This document shows, in pieces, positions 10,640 through 20,478 of a DNA stretch of 64,000 bases (within the stretch, counting starts at the first letter, position 1; each line of letters begins with the position of its first letter). The translations under genes were made by a program, and so were the position numbers. The notes below the pieces were generated by a model that was given only the letters and a program-made list of their open reading frames with translations, searched no databases and was not told where the DNA came from. This stretch comes from an uncultured Chthonomonadaceae bacterium (GTDB taxonomy: Bacteria; Armatimonadota; Chthonomonadetes; Chthonomonadales; Chthonomonadaceae), in NCBI GenBank assembly GCA_963817895.1, contig CAWFQB010000001.1:1-64000 (forward strand). The letters run 5' to 3'.

Positions 10640-12019
10640 ATGACGAAAACGGATGCCATGCCACTATCGGGAGAAGACGCGGAGTTAGAGCGCGTTACGA
10701 TGCGCAAAGTGGCGGCGCGCCTCATCCCCTTTATGTTCCTGCTGTACATTTTCGCGATTCTTGACCGTTCCAACGTCGGCACGGCGGTCTTGACCATGAA
10801 GCAGGACTTGAAGTTCAGCGCCAGCGTGTACGGGTTTGGCGCGGGCATCTTCTTTGTCGGCTATTTCCTGTTTGAAGTGCCGAGCAACATCATCATGGAG
10901 CGGGTTGGGGCCAGGCGGTGGATCGCGCGCATCATGTTTACGTGGGGTATCATTGCCGCTGCCATGATGCTGACGCGCTCGCCCATGAGTTTCTACATTC
11001 TGCGCTTCCTGCTTGGCGTGGCGGAAGCGGGCTTTTTCCCCGGCATGATTTTGTACCTGACCTACTGGTTTCCCAACAATATCCGGGGACGGGCGGGGTC
11101 GGCGTTCATTGTGGCCGGAACCGTGGCGGGCATTGTGGGCGGGCCACTTGGCGCGCTCCTGCTGAAAATGAACGGCATTGGCGGCTTGCAGGGCTGGCAA
11201 TGGCTGTATCTGATGGAGGGCATCCCCTCGTTCTTTCTGGGGTTCGTCGTGCTGTTTTATATGACCGACAAACCGGAAAAGGCGCACTGGCTGGAAGACG
11301 CGGAGCGGGCGTGGCTATTAAAAACCCTTGCCCGCGAACAAACCCACCGCCAGAAATACCACCACATGTCTATCGGGCAGGCGTTGCGCTATCCCCGCGT
11401 CCTGCACCTGTGCGCTCTGTTCTTCATCATCATCTTCAGCGGCGCGGGACTGGGCTTTTTCCAGCAGTTGCTGTTGCAGCAGCGCTCGACGTGGAGCAAC
11501 ACGTTTATTCTCAACATCGGCGTGATTCCCGCCCTCATCAACGGCATCACGCTTCTTGCCGTCGCCATTCATTCCGACAGAACGCGCGAACGGCGCTGGT
11601 ATGTCGTTATCGGCACAATTATTTGCGCGGCAGGCGTGGCAATGGTAGCGGAAACGCGCTCGCCCGTGTGGACTATGGTAGGGCTGTGCATCGTCGCTAT
11701 CGGTGGCGCGGCATGGACAGGGCCGTTCTGGGCCCTGACAACGGGCTTTCTCAGCGGCGCGGCGGCGGCGGGCGGCATCGCGTTCATCAATTCCGTCGGC
11801 AACATGGGTTCCTTTTTCAGTCCTATCCTGATGGGCAAACTGAAAGATGCCACCCATAATTACGAGTTGGGGCTGTTCCTGCTGGCGGGTTCCTATATCG
11901 TCGCTGCGATTGTCGCCTTTCGACTGCCGCTCGACCCCGCTTTACACGTAGAACTGGCCGAGGCAGTGGCCGGGGTTGAAGCTGCCACAGAGGAAGCAGC
12001 CACAAATAAACGCGAGTAG
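10640..12019 (+). CDS. MFS transporter, anion:cation symporter (TtuB-like) family
   Basis: LDRSNVG, GAGIFFVGYFLFEVPSN, GARRWIARIM, GVAEAGFFPG, GWQWLYLMEGIP. Confidence 0.92.
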   Translation: MTKTDAMPLSGEDAELERVTMRKVAARLIPFMFLLYIFAILDRSNVGTAVLTMKQDLKFSASVYGFGAGIFFVGYFLFEVPSNIIMERVGARRWIARIMFTWGIIAAAMMLTRSPMSFYILRFLLGVAEAGFFPGMILYLTYWFPNNIRGRAGSAFIVAGTVAGIVGGPLGALLLKMNGIGGLQGWQWLYLMEGIPSFFLGFVVLFYMTDKPEKAHWLEDAERAWLLKTLAREQTHRQKYHHMSIGQALRYPRVLHLCALFFIIIFSGAGLGFFQQLLLQQRSTWSNTFILNIGVIPALINGITLLAVAIHSDRTRERRWYVVIGTIICAAGVAMVAETRSPVWTMVGLCIVAIGGAAWTGPFWALTTGFLSGAAAAGGIAFINSVGNMGSFFSPILMGKLKDATHNYELGLFLLAGSYIVAAIVAFRLPLDPALHVELAEAVAGVEAATEEAATNKRE

Positions 12020-12053
12020 CCCTCATACGCCCGCCAATCCAGAAAGTGAAGCC

Positions 12054-12152
12054 ATGCCCGCGCTCGACAAATACCATTCCGTCGTCAAAGACGCCCTGAT
12101 TCGGGAAGGCTGGATAATCACGCATGATCCTTATGGCATTACAATTGGTTAA
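12054..12152 (+). pseudogene. xisH: xisH remnant (N-terminal 32 codons)
   Basis: MPALDKYHSVVKDALIREGWIITHDPY matches the XisH N-terminus and then stops; lies immediately upstream of xisI. Confidence 0.75.
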
Positions 12153-12169
12153 GGAAAGGAGCCTCTCAA

Positions 12170-12505
12170 ATGGATAGAGACGACCGATATAGGGAAATTG
12201 TAAAACAAACGCTTACCGAGGCGGCCTGCTTGTTCCCGCAGGATTCCGACCTGCGCACCGAGACGGTTTTCGATGATACACAGGGACACTATCAGGTGGG
12301 ACAGGTAGGCTGGCAGGGCAAAAAGCGGATTGATAACGTTTATCTCCATCTGGATGTGCTGAACGGGAAAGTCTGGCTACAGTATGACGGCACGGAACTT
12401 TGCCTTGCAGAACAGCTTGTCAACGCGGGCATCCCCCGCGAACATATCGTTCTCGGCTTCAAACATCCTGCTCGCCGCCCGGACACAGACTACGCCGTTG
12501 CCTGA
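12170..12505 (+). CDS. xisI: XisI family protein
   Basis: FDDTQGHYQV...GW...HLDVLNGKVWLQYDGTE...GIPREHIVLGFKHP. Confidence 0.9.
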   Translation: MDRDDRYREIVKQTLTEAACLFPQDSDLRTETVFDDTQGHYQVGQVGWQGKKRIDNVYLHLDVLNGKVWLQYDGTELCLAEQLVNAGIPREHIVLGFKHPARRPDTDYAVA

Positions 12506-12563
12506 CGGGATAGTCTGTGTCCGGGCGCAGCCTTCTCCGCTTTCAGTTGAGGAATAAATATCT

Positions 12564-13695
12564 ATGAAGCGCAGAGAGTTTTTGAGCAAGTCTTTGACAG
12601 CGGCAGGCGGATTGGGAGCCGCAACCCTCGGCGTATCCGCCCATGCCGCACAGGAAGCATCGTCTGCTGTAAAACCCGGCGAACGCGCAAACGCGAAAGT
12701 GGGGCGCATGGTGGCGGGGCATCAGCACGACCATAGCGAGAAGACCCTGCGCGCGCTTGCCGCGTTCGGCATCACGCATATTTGCAGCGGCCTGCCTTCG
12801 CCTGGCATGGACGACAACTGGAGCGTGGACGGGCTGACCCGATTCCGCAAGCGCATCGAGAGTTTCGGCGTCCAACTGGACATGATTCCCCTGCCGATGA
12901 GTTCGGTCGCCATTGAGAAGCAGGAGACCCCCAACATTCTGCTCGGCAAATCGCCCGCCCGCGACCGCGAAATCGAGCAGATGATTCAGATGATTCGTAA
13001 CGCGGGCAAGGCCGGTATTCCCGCCGTGAAGTATAATCTCACCATGCTCGGCGTTGTCCGAACAGGAACCACAATGGGCAGGGGCGGCGCGAAGTATAGC
13101 ACATTCGCGTACGACAAAGCGCCCCAAACGCCGCTTACGCTTGCGGGTGAGGTTAGTGAAAACGAGTATTGGGAGCGCATTACTTATTTTCTCAAGCGCG
13201 TCGTTCCCGCCGCAGAAGAGGCGAAAGTCCGCATCTGCTGCCACCCCAACGATCCGGGACTGGCGCGGGGCAAGGCATTCCGGGGTATCTCACAGCGCGA
13301 TAGATAATGTAGAGGGCTTGAAGCGGTTTGTCCAAACTATGCCGAGTCCCTATCACGGCCTGAACTTCTGTCAGGGAACCATTTCCGAAATGCTGGACGA
13401 TCCGGGCAAGGAAATTTTCGATGTGATACGTTGGTTCGGGACGCGGGGCAAAATCTTCAACGTCCATTTCCGCAACATACAGGGCGGCTATCTCCACTTC
13501 AGCGAGTGCTTCCCTGACAACGGCGCGGTCAACATGCCCCGCGCCCTGCGAACCTACAAAGAGGTCCGCTATGAAGGCATGATTATGCCGGATCATGTTC
13601 CGGCCATCGAGGGCGACACGGGCGGAGCGCAAGCCTTCGCGTTCTGCTGGGGCTATATTCAGGCGTTGTTGCAGGAGGCAGGAGAAAAGGTATGA
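12564..13695 (+). CDS. Mannonate dehydratase (UxuA)-like protein with Tat signal; frame switch at about 13290
   Basis: MKRREFL Tat motif; [27 protein letters not shown]...HPNDP, GLNFCQG, VHFRN, MPDHVP. Confidence 0.82.
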
Positions 13696-14459
13696 AAACA
13701 CTGCGACAGCGCGCGCTTAGGGGCGAGGTACTGGCGGGAACGTGGCTGAATCTGGCGTCGAGTATCACGGCGGAGATTGCCGCCCATGCCGGACTGGACT
13801 GGCTCTTGATTGACCGGGAGCATGGCGCGGGGGATGAAGAGACCCTGCTGCACCAATTGCAGGCGATTGACGCGACGGATACCTGCGCCATTGTGCGATT
13901 GGCAGGGAACGACCCGGAACTGTGCAAACACGCGCTGGATTTAGGGGCGGCGGGAATCATGGTTCCCTATGTCAATACGCCCGAAGAGGCGCGGCAGGCG
14001 GCGGCGATGATGCGCTACCCGCCACAGGGAAGGCGCGGCGTAGCCCGGTTCACCCGCGCCGCCGGTTTCAGCATGAACTTCGACGCTTATTTCGCGCAGG
14101 CCAATGACAGCCTGCTCACGATTGTACAGATCGAAACGCGGGAAGCGGTTGCCAATGTGGAAGCCATCGCGCAAACCGAGGGCGTAGATGTGCTGTTTGT
14201 CGGGCCGCTGGATTTGAGCGTGAATTTAGGTATCCCGCAGCAGTACGCCCACCCGGAGTTCCGCGCCGCCATCGCAAAGGTAATCGCTGCCGCCAAAAAT
14301 GCAGGGAAGGTGACGGGAACCCTGCTGGCAAGCGCGGAACAGATCGCCCCGGCCATAGCGGACGGCTACACGTTTCTGGCAGTCGGCTCTGACGGCGGCT
14401 TAGTCGCGGCAGGCATGAAGAACCTTGCGCAAGCCTACAATTCTGTACGCGGCAAATAA
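13692..14459 (+). CDS. HpcH/HpaI aldolase family protein
   Basis: [45 protein letters not shown]. Confidence 0.92.
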   Translation: MKTLRQRALRGEVLAGTWLNLASSITAEIAAHAGLDWLLIDREHGAGDEETLLHQLQAIDATDTCAIVRLAGNDPELCKHALDLGAAGIMVPYVNTPEEARQAAAMMRYPPQGRRGVARFTRAAGFSMNFDAYFAQANDSLLTIVQIETREAVANVEAIAQTEGVDVLFVGPLDLSVNLGIPQQYAHPEFRAAIAKVIAAAKNAGKVTGTLLASAEQIAPAIADGYTFLAVGSDGGLVAAGMKNLAQAYNSVRGK

Positions 14460-14469
14460 TCCGTACAGG

Positions 14470-14498
14470 TTGTCATAACCCGTCAAAAGGTGTAGAAT
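14470..14498 (+). promoter_or_regulatory. sigma70-type promoter of the TA operon
   Basis: TTGTCA-N17-TAGAAT. Confidence 0.6.
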
Positions 14499-14545
14499 AG
14501 AGGCAATCGCAACACGCTCTGATAACACGAAAAAGGAGGTTAACC

Positions 14546-14827
14546 ATGACCCTGACGCTGGAATTGCCGCCGGAAGTCGAGGCAAAGCTTGGAACCGAAG
14601 CGGAGCAGCAGGGGCTTACGCTGGCAGAATACGCGCTGCAAAAATTATTGTCCTCACCCTATGCAGGTAAGGATGTGGCGCGCGAAGAGACGGCAGGCGA
14701 ATCTATCCTGCGTATTGCCGCCGAAACGTTCGGCTCTTTGCCGGAAGCGGAACGCATGAAGTTGCCACCGGATTATGCGACAAACTACAAACACTACCTG
14801 CATGGCGCTCCAAAGGTGAAAGAATGA
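14546..14827 (+). CDS. Putative antitoxin (VapB-like)
   Basis: MTLTLELPPEVEAKL N-terminus; C-terminal LPPDYATNYKHYLHG; overlaps the start of the PIN gene. Confidence 0.75.
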   Translation: MTLTLELPPEVEAKLGTEAEQQGLTLAEYALQKLLSSPYAGKDVAREETAGESILRIAAETFGSLPEAERMKLPPDYATNYKHYLHGAPKVKE

Positions 14828-15357
14828 CACCTATTTTTGCAGACACAGGCTACTGGATCGCGCTTTCATCTCAGTCGGATATTTTGCATACTGCCGCTGT
14901 TGCCGCAGCGCAGAAGTTCGGCAGGCGTCCGATTACTACAAGTGAAATGGTGCTGACGGAGCTTCTGGACGGCGCTTCGGCGCAAGGTGATCTGCGCCGC
15001 GCAGCGGCTTGGCAGTTTGTGGAGAAGTTACGACAGGCGAACACAGTGCGTATCGTTCCTCAAACGCCGGAACTGTTTGCAACCGCCTTTACTTTGTACA
15101 AGCAACGGCCTGACAAGGAATGGAGCCTGACGGATTGCGCGTCCTTTGTAATCTGTCAGCAGGAGGGCATTGTCGAAGTTCTCGCCCACGATCATCATTT
15201 TCAGCAGGCCGGGTATGTCACGCTGCTGCGTTCGAGTAAACGCCGCGCGCAAACAAGCCAACCCGCAGGCAAAACAAGCGGAGCGTACAGGCATCTAACC
15301 TATACGCTCCGCATTTTACCAATCACCAGCCACCAATTAATGGCAGCCGCAGCCTGA
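14824..15357 (+). CDS. PIN-domain VapC toxin (true C-terminus possibly near 15240)
   Basis: IFADTGYWIAL, VLTE, DKEWSLTDCASF, HDHHFQQAG. Confidence 0.88.
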   Translation: MTPIFADTGYWIALSSQSDILHTAAVAAAQKFGRRPITTSEMVLTELLDGASAQGDLRRAAAWQFVEKLRQANTVRIVPQTPELFATAFTLYKQRPDKEWSLTDCASFVICQQEGIVEVLAHDHHFQQAGYVTLLRSSKRRAQTSQPAGKTSGAYRHLTYTLRILPITSHQLMAAAA

Positions 15358-15747
15358 TCCGCAGCTACCGCCGCTGGTCGGTTCCGGCGCGTCTTCGGTG
15401 GAGAACGAACTGCCGCAGCCGCAGGAGCGCACCGCGTTGGGGTTGTCAATCTTGAAGCCGCCGCCCATCACGTCCTCGACGTAATCCACGGACGCGCCCT
15501 TGATGTAGGGCATGCTGTGGGGGTCTACCACCACTTTGACGCCGTTGCAGACGAACGTGAAGTCATCTTCTTCCACCTCGTCGTCAATCGCCATGCCGTA
15601 GTTGAGGCCGGAGCAGCCGCCGCCCGATACGAAGACGCGCAACGCCGCGTCCGATTTGCCCTGCCGCTCCAGCAGGCTGCTGATCTCTTCCGCCGCGCGT
15701 TCGCTGAGAACAACGCCCGTAGTCTGGGCCATTTCCAAAGTTGCCAT
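15337..15747 (-). CDS. HesB/IscA/ErpA iron-sulfur cluster assembly accessory protein
   Basis: LRVFVSGGGCSGLNY, GGGFKIDNPNAVRSCGCGSSF. Confidence 0.93.
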   Translation of the reverse strand: MATLEMAQTTGVVLSERAAEEISSLLERQGKSDAALRVFVSGGGCSGLNYGMAIDDEVEEDDFTFVCNGVKVVVDPHSMPYIKGASVDYVEDVMGGGFKIDNPNAVRSCGCGSSFSTEDAPEPTSGGSCGSGCGCH

Positions 15748-16068
15748 GATGTTATCGCTCCCTGTGAAGTCTGTCTGATTTCGTCCGGGGTTAGCCGGCT
15801 TCGGCGCTGTTGCGTCGGCAAGGCCGTTCCGAAAGAGGTATCTGTGTATACGTTCCAATCGAACAGAAATTACCGTTTATAGATTATCTGTAAGGCATTG
15901 TACAATATTCGGCGCGAAAAAACAAGCCCCTGTTTTGGCTGTCTTCTTTAAGAGAGCGAAGCGCAAGCGGTCATCGTGGCGCTGTTAGGCGCAATGCGCA
16001 AAATATTCTCACAACCCGGAACGGTTTTGAAAAATTGTAGCGCGATTCAAACAGTTTGCGCCGTACCG

Positions 16069-16097
16069 TTGCAATTTGGCGCGAACTATGCTACAAT
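16069..16097 (+). promoter_or_regulatory. sigma70-type promoter upstream of tRNA-Ser
   Basis: TTGCAA-N17-TACAAT. Confidence 0.6.
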
Positions 16098-16181
16098 ATT
16101 TTCAACAATTTCACCATCGTTCCTGTTCCTGACATCTTCACCTGAATACAGGGCGTGGGCGATAGTGAATTATATGGTTGT

Positions 16182-16275
16182 GGAGAGGTGGCTGAGTGGT
16201 CGAAAGCGGCTCACTGCTAATGAGTTGTGGTGTGCTTTAAACACGTCACCCCGGGTTCGAATCCCGGCCTCTCCG
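16182..16275 (+). tRNA. tRNA-Ser(GCT), long variable arm, CCA not encoded
   Basis: Acceptor GGAGAGG/CCTCTCC with discriminator G; D-arm GCTGAGTGGTCGAAAGC; anticodon loop CT-GCT-AA; T-loop GGTTCGAATCC. Confidence 0.95.
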
Positions 16276-16395
16276 TTCTCCTTTTGTTTTTGCCCTGCCG
16301 CAAACGCTTTACCCTCGCGTGTTACCCACTTAAAAGATTCGTTGGAATTTTTGTTTGCGTTTCACTGTGCTTCTGTTTTGCGAAAGGTCCTGCCT

Positions 16396-17547
16396 GTGTT
16401 GTCTTCTGCCGGTCGCTCATTTCGCATACGCGCCCTGTTGGTTCTGCCCGGTCTTTTGCTCGGCTGCGGCTTGTGTCTGACGGCAAATGTCAGTCGAGCC
16501 AGCACTGTGGCGCAGTACGCGCAGATGCGCCGCCAATCCCGTTGTGATCTCAAACTCTCCTATGCCGACGCGCAGGCCGACGCCGCGAAATACGTGGGCC
16601 GTGTTCTGGAATTGCGCGGCACAGTAGGGGGCGTGGCGGAAGGGGCGCAAAGCCTGTCCATCATGCTGAGTCTGGAGGACGGCAGCGCGCCCACGCTGGA
16701 AGTGCCGCTTGCCGAAGCCGGTCCGATTCGGGCGGGCAGCGCGCCGCATATCCGCGTTCTTGTCCGCGTGGCTGAAGGCAGCAGCGGCAACACGCTTCCC
16801 CTGACCGTTCTGGCGGTGGCAGCGGAGAGCGAAGTGGACGCGCTGGATAAAGCCGGCGCGGCGCAGGCGGCGTTACAGGCGCGTAAAGCGGAATTGGCGC
16901 GGCAGGAGCGCGAACGCTGGCATCAGCAGGTGCTGAAATCGGCGCCGCGCGAGTCGTCACCGTCACGCGGCAGCTTTTTCCGTCCCCAAACGCCCGCGCC
17001 ACTCCCCGCCGCCCCGCCCGATTTAGCCGGAACCCTCGGCCCGCGCGTTCGGGACTGCTACCCCGCTTACTACAGTTTTATCTATAACCACAACCGCAAA
17101 CTGGGCGCGAACCTCGCCTCGCAAATCGCGTATTATCTGTTGGGGTTCGCGGACAAGTACAATGTTGATCCGCGTCTGGTTACGGCCATGATGATCGCCG
17201 AATCGGACTTCGATCCCATGTCCACCAGCCATTCCGGGGCGATGGGACTGGGGCAGTTGATGCCGGACGAAGTGAAAAGTCTGGGACTGCACAACGGCTA
17301 CGACATCAAAGATAACATTTACGGCTCTATCGTCAACCTGCGCTCTGATCTGGACAGTTTTGGAAGCATGGGCGGCCCGAATGGAACCCTGTCCATCGAG
17401 CAGATTCGGCTGGCAATGGCGACGTACAACGCGGGACCGGGCGCGGTAAAAAAGTATAAGGGCGTTCCTCCTTATAAAGAGACGCAGGGCTATGTAAAGC
17501 GCGTGGTTCGGCTGTACCGCCAGTTTTGCGGCCTGCCGCCGGAATGA
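16396..17547 (+). CDS. Secreted lytic transglycosylase (SLT domain)
   Basis: GAAAGG RBS before GTG 16396; signal peptide; VDPRLVTAMMIAESDF, GAMGLGQLMP, TYNAGPGAV, PPYKETQGYV. Confidence 0.88.
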   Translation: MLSSAGRSFRIRALLVLPGLLLGCGLCLTANVSRASTVAQYAQMRRQSRCDLKLSYADAQADAAKYVGRVLELRGTVGGVAEGAQSLSIMLSLEDGSAPTLEVPLAEAGPIRAGSAPHIRVLVRVAEGSSGNTLPLTVLAVAAESEVDALDKAGAAQAALQARKAELARQERERWHQQVLKSAPRESSPSRGSFFRPQTPAPLPAAPPDLAGTLGPRVRDCYPAYYSFIYNHNRKLGANLASQIAYYLLGFADKYNVDPRLVTAMMIAESDFDPMSTSHSGAMGLGQLMPDEVKSLGLHNGYDIKDNIYGSIVNLRSDLDSFGSMGGPNGTLSIEQIRLAMATYNAGPGAVKKYKGVPPYKETQGYVKRVVRLYRQFCGLPPE

Positions 17548-17882
17548 GGCGTTGAATCTATTTCAGGAACAACTCTCCGTTCGCCTGCGTCTTTTGTTTG
17601 TTGGTTCGGTTCCCCGGTCAGTATTCCGGGCGTGAACGAAAGCCAGAATATCGGCATAAGCACTACACGTTCGCGTATCAAGGTTGCAACCGCGTGGAAA
17701 GGTCACTATCCTCCCAACGTTTCACCCTCGATACGCGAACGTTTTCTTTTCAGGGGTTCGTTGCAAAGGTGAGCGACGAGTTTGCGGGGCGCGAGGCTGC
17801 TTGCGCCCATTCAGGTTTGCAGATTCAGGTGGAATGTATCATCCGTGAATAGATGTGATCGCAAGATCAAAAGGAGACTGCC

Positions 17883-18626
17883 ATGCAGACGGAACCCGTC
17901 AGCAAACAGATTCAGGAATTGGAAGCGCTTCGGCGGCAAAAACGCTACTGGTCATGGGGAACCACTGCGGGAATACTCATGATTGTGCTGTGGTGTATTT
18001 TTTCGCTGAAAAGCGCTGTTGACGGGTTGAAAGACCCGGGGCCAACACGTGACGCTTTCCAAAAGCAACTGAGCGAAAATGTGCAAAAGCATGCCCTTCC
18101 CGAAATTCAGAGGTATGGCGAGGAGGCGGTACGCGGCGTGGATTACGCGGGCGCCATACAAAACCTGAACAAACGCACCCCGGAACTGGTCAAGGCGACA
18201 ACGGATCAACTGCACCTGCTCAATGACGACCTGACGACACGGGGCAACAAAGTCTTCGATCAGACGTTTACGGCAGCCGTAAAAGACCATGACAAGAAAA
18301 TCCGCGCCATGTTCCCCGACGCCAACGAGGAGAAGGTCAGCGGACTGATGACGAACCTGACCAAAGAAGCGCAGGATCAGGTGGCGGATGTCAGCGCATC
18401 GCTGTTTAGCGCGCACAAGCAGGCGCTGGATGATATTGTCACCGATATGACGCTGATTCAAAACTCAGAGCCAAGCGCCAAAAGCGAGCCGCCGTCCTGG
18501 GAACTCGCGCTCACGGTTTTTGAGATTGCCCATGACGACTTGAAGAATATAAGTACCTCCGATGACGGCAAAAGCGGGACAACCAGGCCCGCCGCCACAA
18601 CGGATGCCGGAAAGGGGAAAAAATAA
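17883..18626 (+). CDS. Hypothetical membrane-anchored helical protein
   Basis: AGGAG RBS; one N-terminal TM segment followed by amphipathic helices. Confidence 0.75.
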   Translation: MQTEPVSKQIQELEALRRQKRYWSWGTTAGILMIVLWCIFSLKSAVDGLKDPGPTRDAFQKQLSENVQKHALPEIQRYGEEAVRGVDYAGAIQNLNKRTPELVKATTDQLHLLNDDLTTRGNKVFDQTFTAAVKDHDKKIRAMFPDANEEKVSGLMTNLTKEAQDQVADVSASLFSAHKQALDDIVTDMTLIQNSEPSAKSEPPSWELALTVFEIAHDDLKNISTSDDGKSGTTRPAATTDAGKGKK

Positions 18627-19408
18627 TGTCCGATCACTTTACCTCCAGCCCGGAGCCGCAGAAAAATCCTACGCCTGTCCCGCCCCCCGTCACGGGCGGC
18701 GCGGTGGTGGTGCAATCGGGCGACGCGGCGGATCGCTACGTGGCTTCGGAATTGCAGCGCGAACGCTCGTCCCTGCGCGTCACGCAAATCGTCAGTGTTC
18801 TGGCGCTGCTGTTCGTCTTTGCCTACCTGGGCTATATCACCAAGACGTTCAAGGACAACCTTGAGCCGACCAATGCCGCAAGCGTTGCGGACGGCATTAT
18901 GATGCAGCAGATCGGTGACAACGGCCCGGAATTCGTGCGGCAGGTCAAGGAGCAGGTTCCGCAGTACATCGAAAAAACCCCGGACTACGCGCTTGCCGAA
19001 CTGCCCAAATACCGCCAGCAGTTGGCAGATAAGGTGGAGCAGGACCTGACCAAATACTGCACAGACACTTCCAAGCAACTCAGTGACAAGGTGGACGGCC
19101 TTCTCGAAGAGCATAAGGAGGATGTCAAGGGTATGCTGGACGCCGGAAACGATCCCGCCGCCGTAACGAAGGTCGGCAACGACATGAAGGAAATGTTCAA
19201 CCAGTACATTCGCGAAAAGCCGGCAAGCGGCGAGTCGGTTGGCGAACAGATCGACAAGGCGTTGGAATCCCTGATAGACGTGCAGAAACGCCTGCACAGG
19301 CTTGCCACCGCCAAAGACCTGACGCCGCAGGAGAAGAAAGCGCGTCACGCCATTGCCGTGCTGACGCAGGGCATTGACGCCCACAAAGAGCTTCAGTTGA
19401 TGAAGTAA
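18626..19408 (+). CDS. Hypothetical membrane-anchored helical protein (coupled to the previous gene)
   Basis: TAATG overlap; one TM segment followed by a charged helical domain. Confidence 0.78.
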   Translation: MSDHFTSSPEPQKNPTPVPPPVTGGAVVVQSGDAADRYVASELQRERSSLRVTQIVSVLALLFVFAYLGYITKTFKDNLEPTNAASVADGIMMQQIGDNGPEFVRQVKEQVPQYIEKTPDYALAELPKYRQQLADKVEQDLTKYCTDTSKQLSDKVDGLLEEHKEDVKGMLDAGNDPAAVTKVGNDMKEMFNQYIREKPASGESVGEQIDKALESLIDVQKRLHRLATAKDLTPQEKKARHAIAVLTQGIDAHKELQLMK

Positions 19409-19429
19409 ATGCCGACTTCCGCGCAACAC

Positions 19430-19464
19430 AAAAGCCGCTCCTGAAAAATTCAGGAGCGGCTTTT
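19430..19464. terminator. Bidirectional intrinsic terminator
   Basis: AAAAGCCGCTCCTGAA-aaa-TTCAGGAGCGGCTTTT between convergent genes. Confidence 0.85.
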
Positions 19465-19579
19465 GGCTGTTAGTCACAATTTGAACGGTATTGAAGTTAG
19501 CCCGTTTGTCTCAATCCTTATCCGACATTTCTGCCGGACGCAACATTCTGGAGGTTCTTGAAAAGTTACGCCCGAGCAA

Positions 19580-20447
19580 TCACTGAGTCAAAGAAGCGAA
19601 CTCGGCATCGGTCAGTTCGACGCTCGCGGCAGCAGCGTTTTCTTCCAAATGCGCGACGGACGACGTGCCGGGAATGGGCAGCATTACGGGCGAACGTTTC
19701 AGCAGCCAGGAAAGCGCCAGTTGCGCCATCGTCGCGTGATGCCCCTGCGCGGCTTTGTCCAATGGCCCGCCAGGTTGCGTGAGTTTGCCCGCCGCGACCG
19801 GGAACCAGGGGATAAAGCCCAGGTTGTTCTCTTCGCAGTACGCCAGAACGTCCTCGGCCTTGCGGTTGGAAAGGTTGTACAAGTTCTGGACAGAGACGAT
19901 CTTCGCCAGCGTTTGCGCGTTTTTCAGCTCTTCGACCGACACTTCCGACAGCCCGATGTGGCGGATTTTGCCCTCTTTCTGCATGTCCGTCAGGACGCCC
20001 AACTGCTCCTCGACCGGAACTTTCGGGTCAATCCGGTGCAGTTGGTACAGGTCAATGCGCTCCAATTTCAGGCGGCGCAGGCTCATCTCCACGCACTGTC
20101 GCAGGTATTCGGAACGCCCGACCGGAAGCCATTTGTCCGGCCCCTGCCGCGTCAATCCGCCCTTCGTCGCGATCACCAACTCTTCGGGGTAGGGATACAG
20201 CGTTTCGGCAATCAAGTTTTCCGACACATCCGGGCCATACGCATCCGCCGTGTCAATGAAATTCACGCCGAGTTCTATGGCGCGGCGCAAGACGCGCTTT
20301 GCACTGTTCCGGGTTCTCCGGTTCGCCCCAAATCCCTTTGCCCGTGATCCGCATCGCCCCAAATCCCATACGGTTGACGGCTAAATCGCCGCCAAGCAGG
20401 AACGTTCCTCCGGCGTGGGCGCTTGTGTCTGTGGTTGTGGTTGTCAT
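19580..20447 (-). CDS. Aldo/keto reductase; frame switch at about 20330
   Basis: VNRMGFGAMRITG (20253..20447) joins GVNFIDTADAYG, IATKGG, IDLYQLHRID, PIPGTSSVAHLEEN. Confidence 0.92.
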
Positions 20448-20478
20448 GAAAACTCCTTAAATCTTCACCATCCAATGC

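Noticed and set aside
15240..15357. VapC C-terminal extension overlapping the iscA-like gene
   Set aside because: Probably an indel artefact or stop loss; the PIN fold ends near YVTLLR and an out-of-frame TAA is adjacent.
16182..16275. tRNA as an integration site, or a selenocysteine tRNA
   Set aside because: No integrase or duplicated 3' end was seen; the anticodon is GCT and a long variable arm is normal for Ser.
15976..16395. N-terminal 140 aa of ORF 15976..17547
   Set aside because: Runs through the tRNA-Ser gene and its promoter; a better RBS/GTG start lies at 16396.
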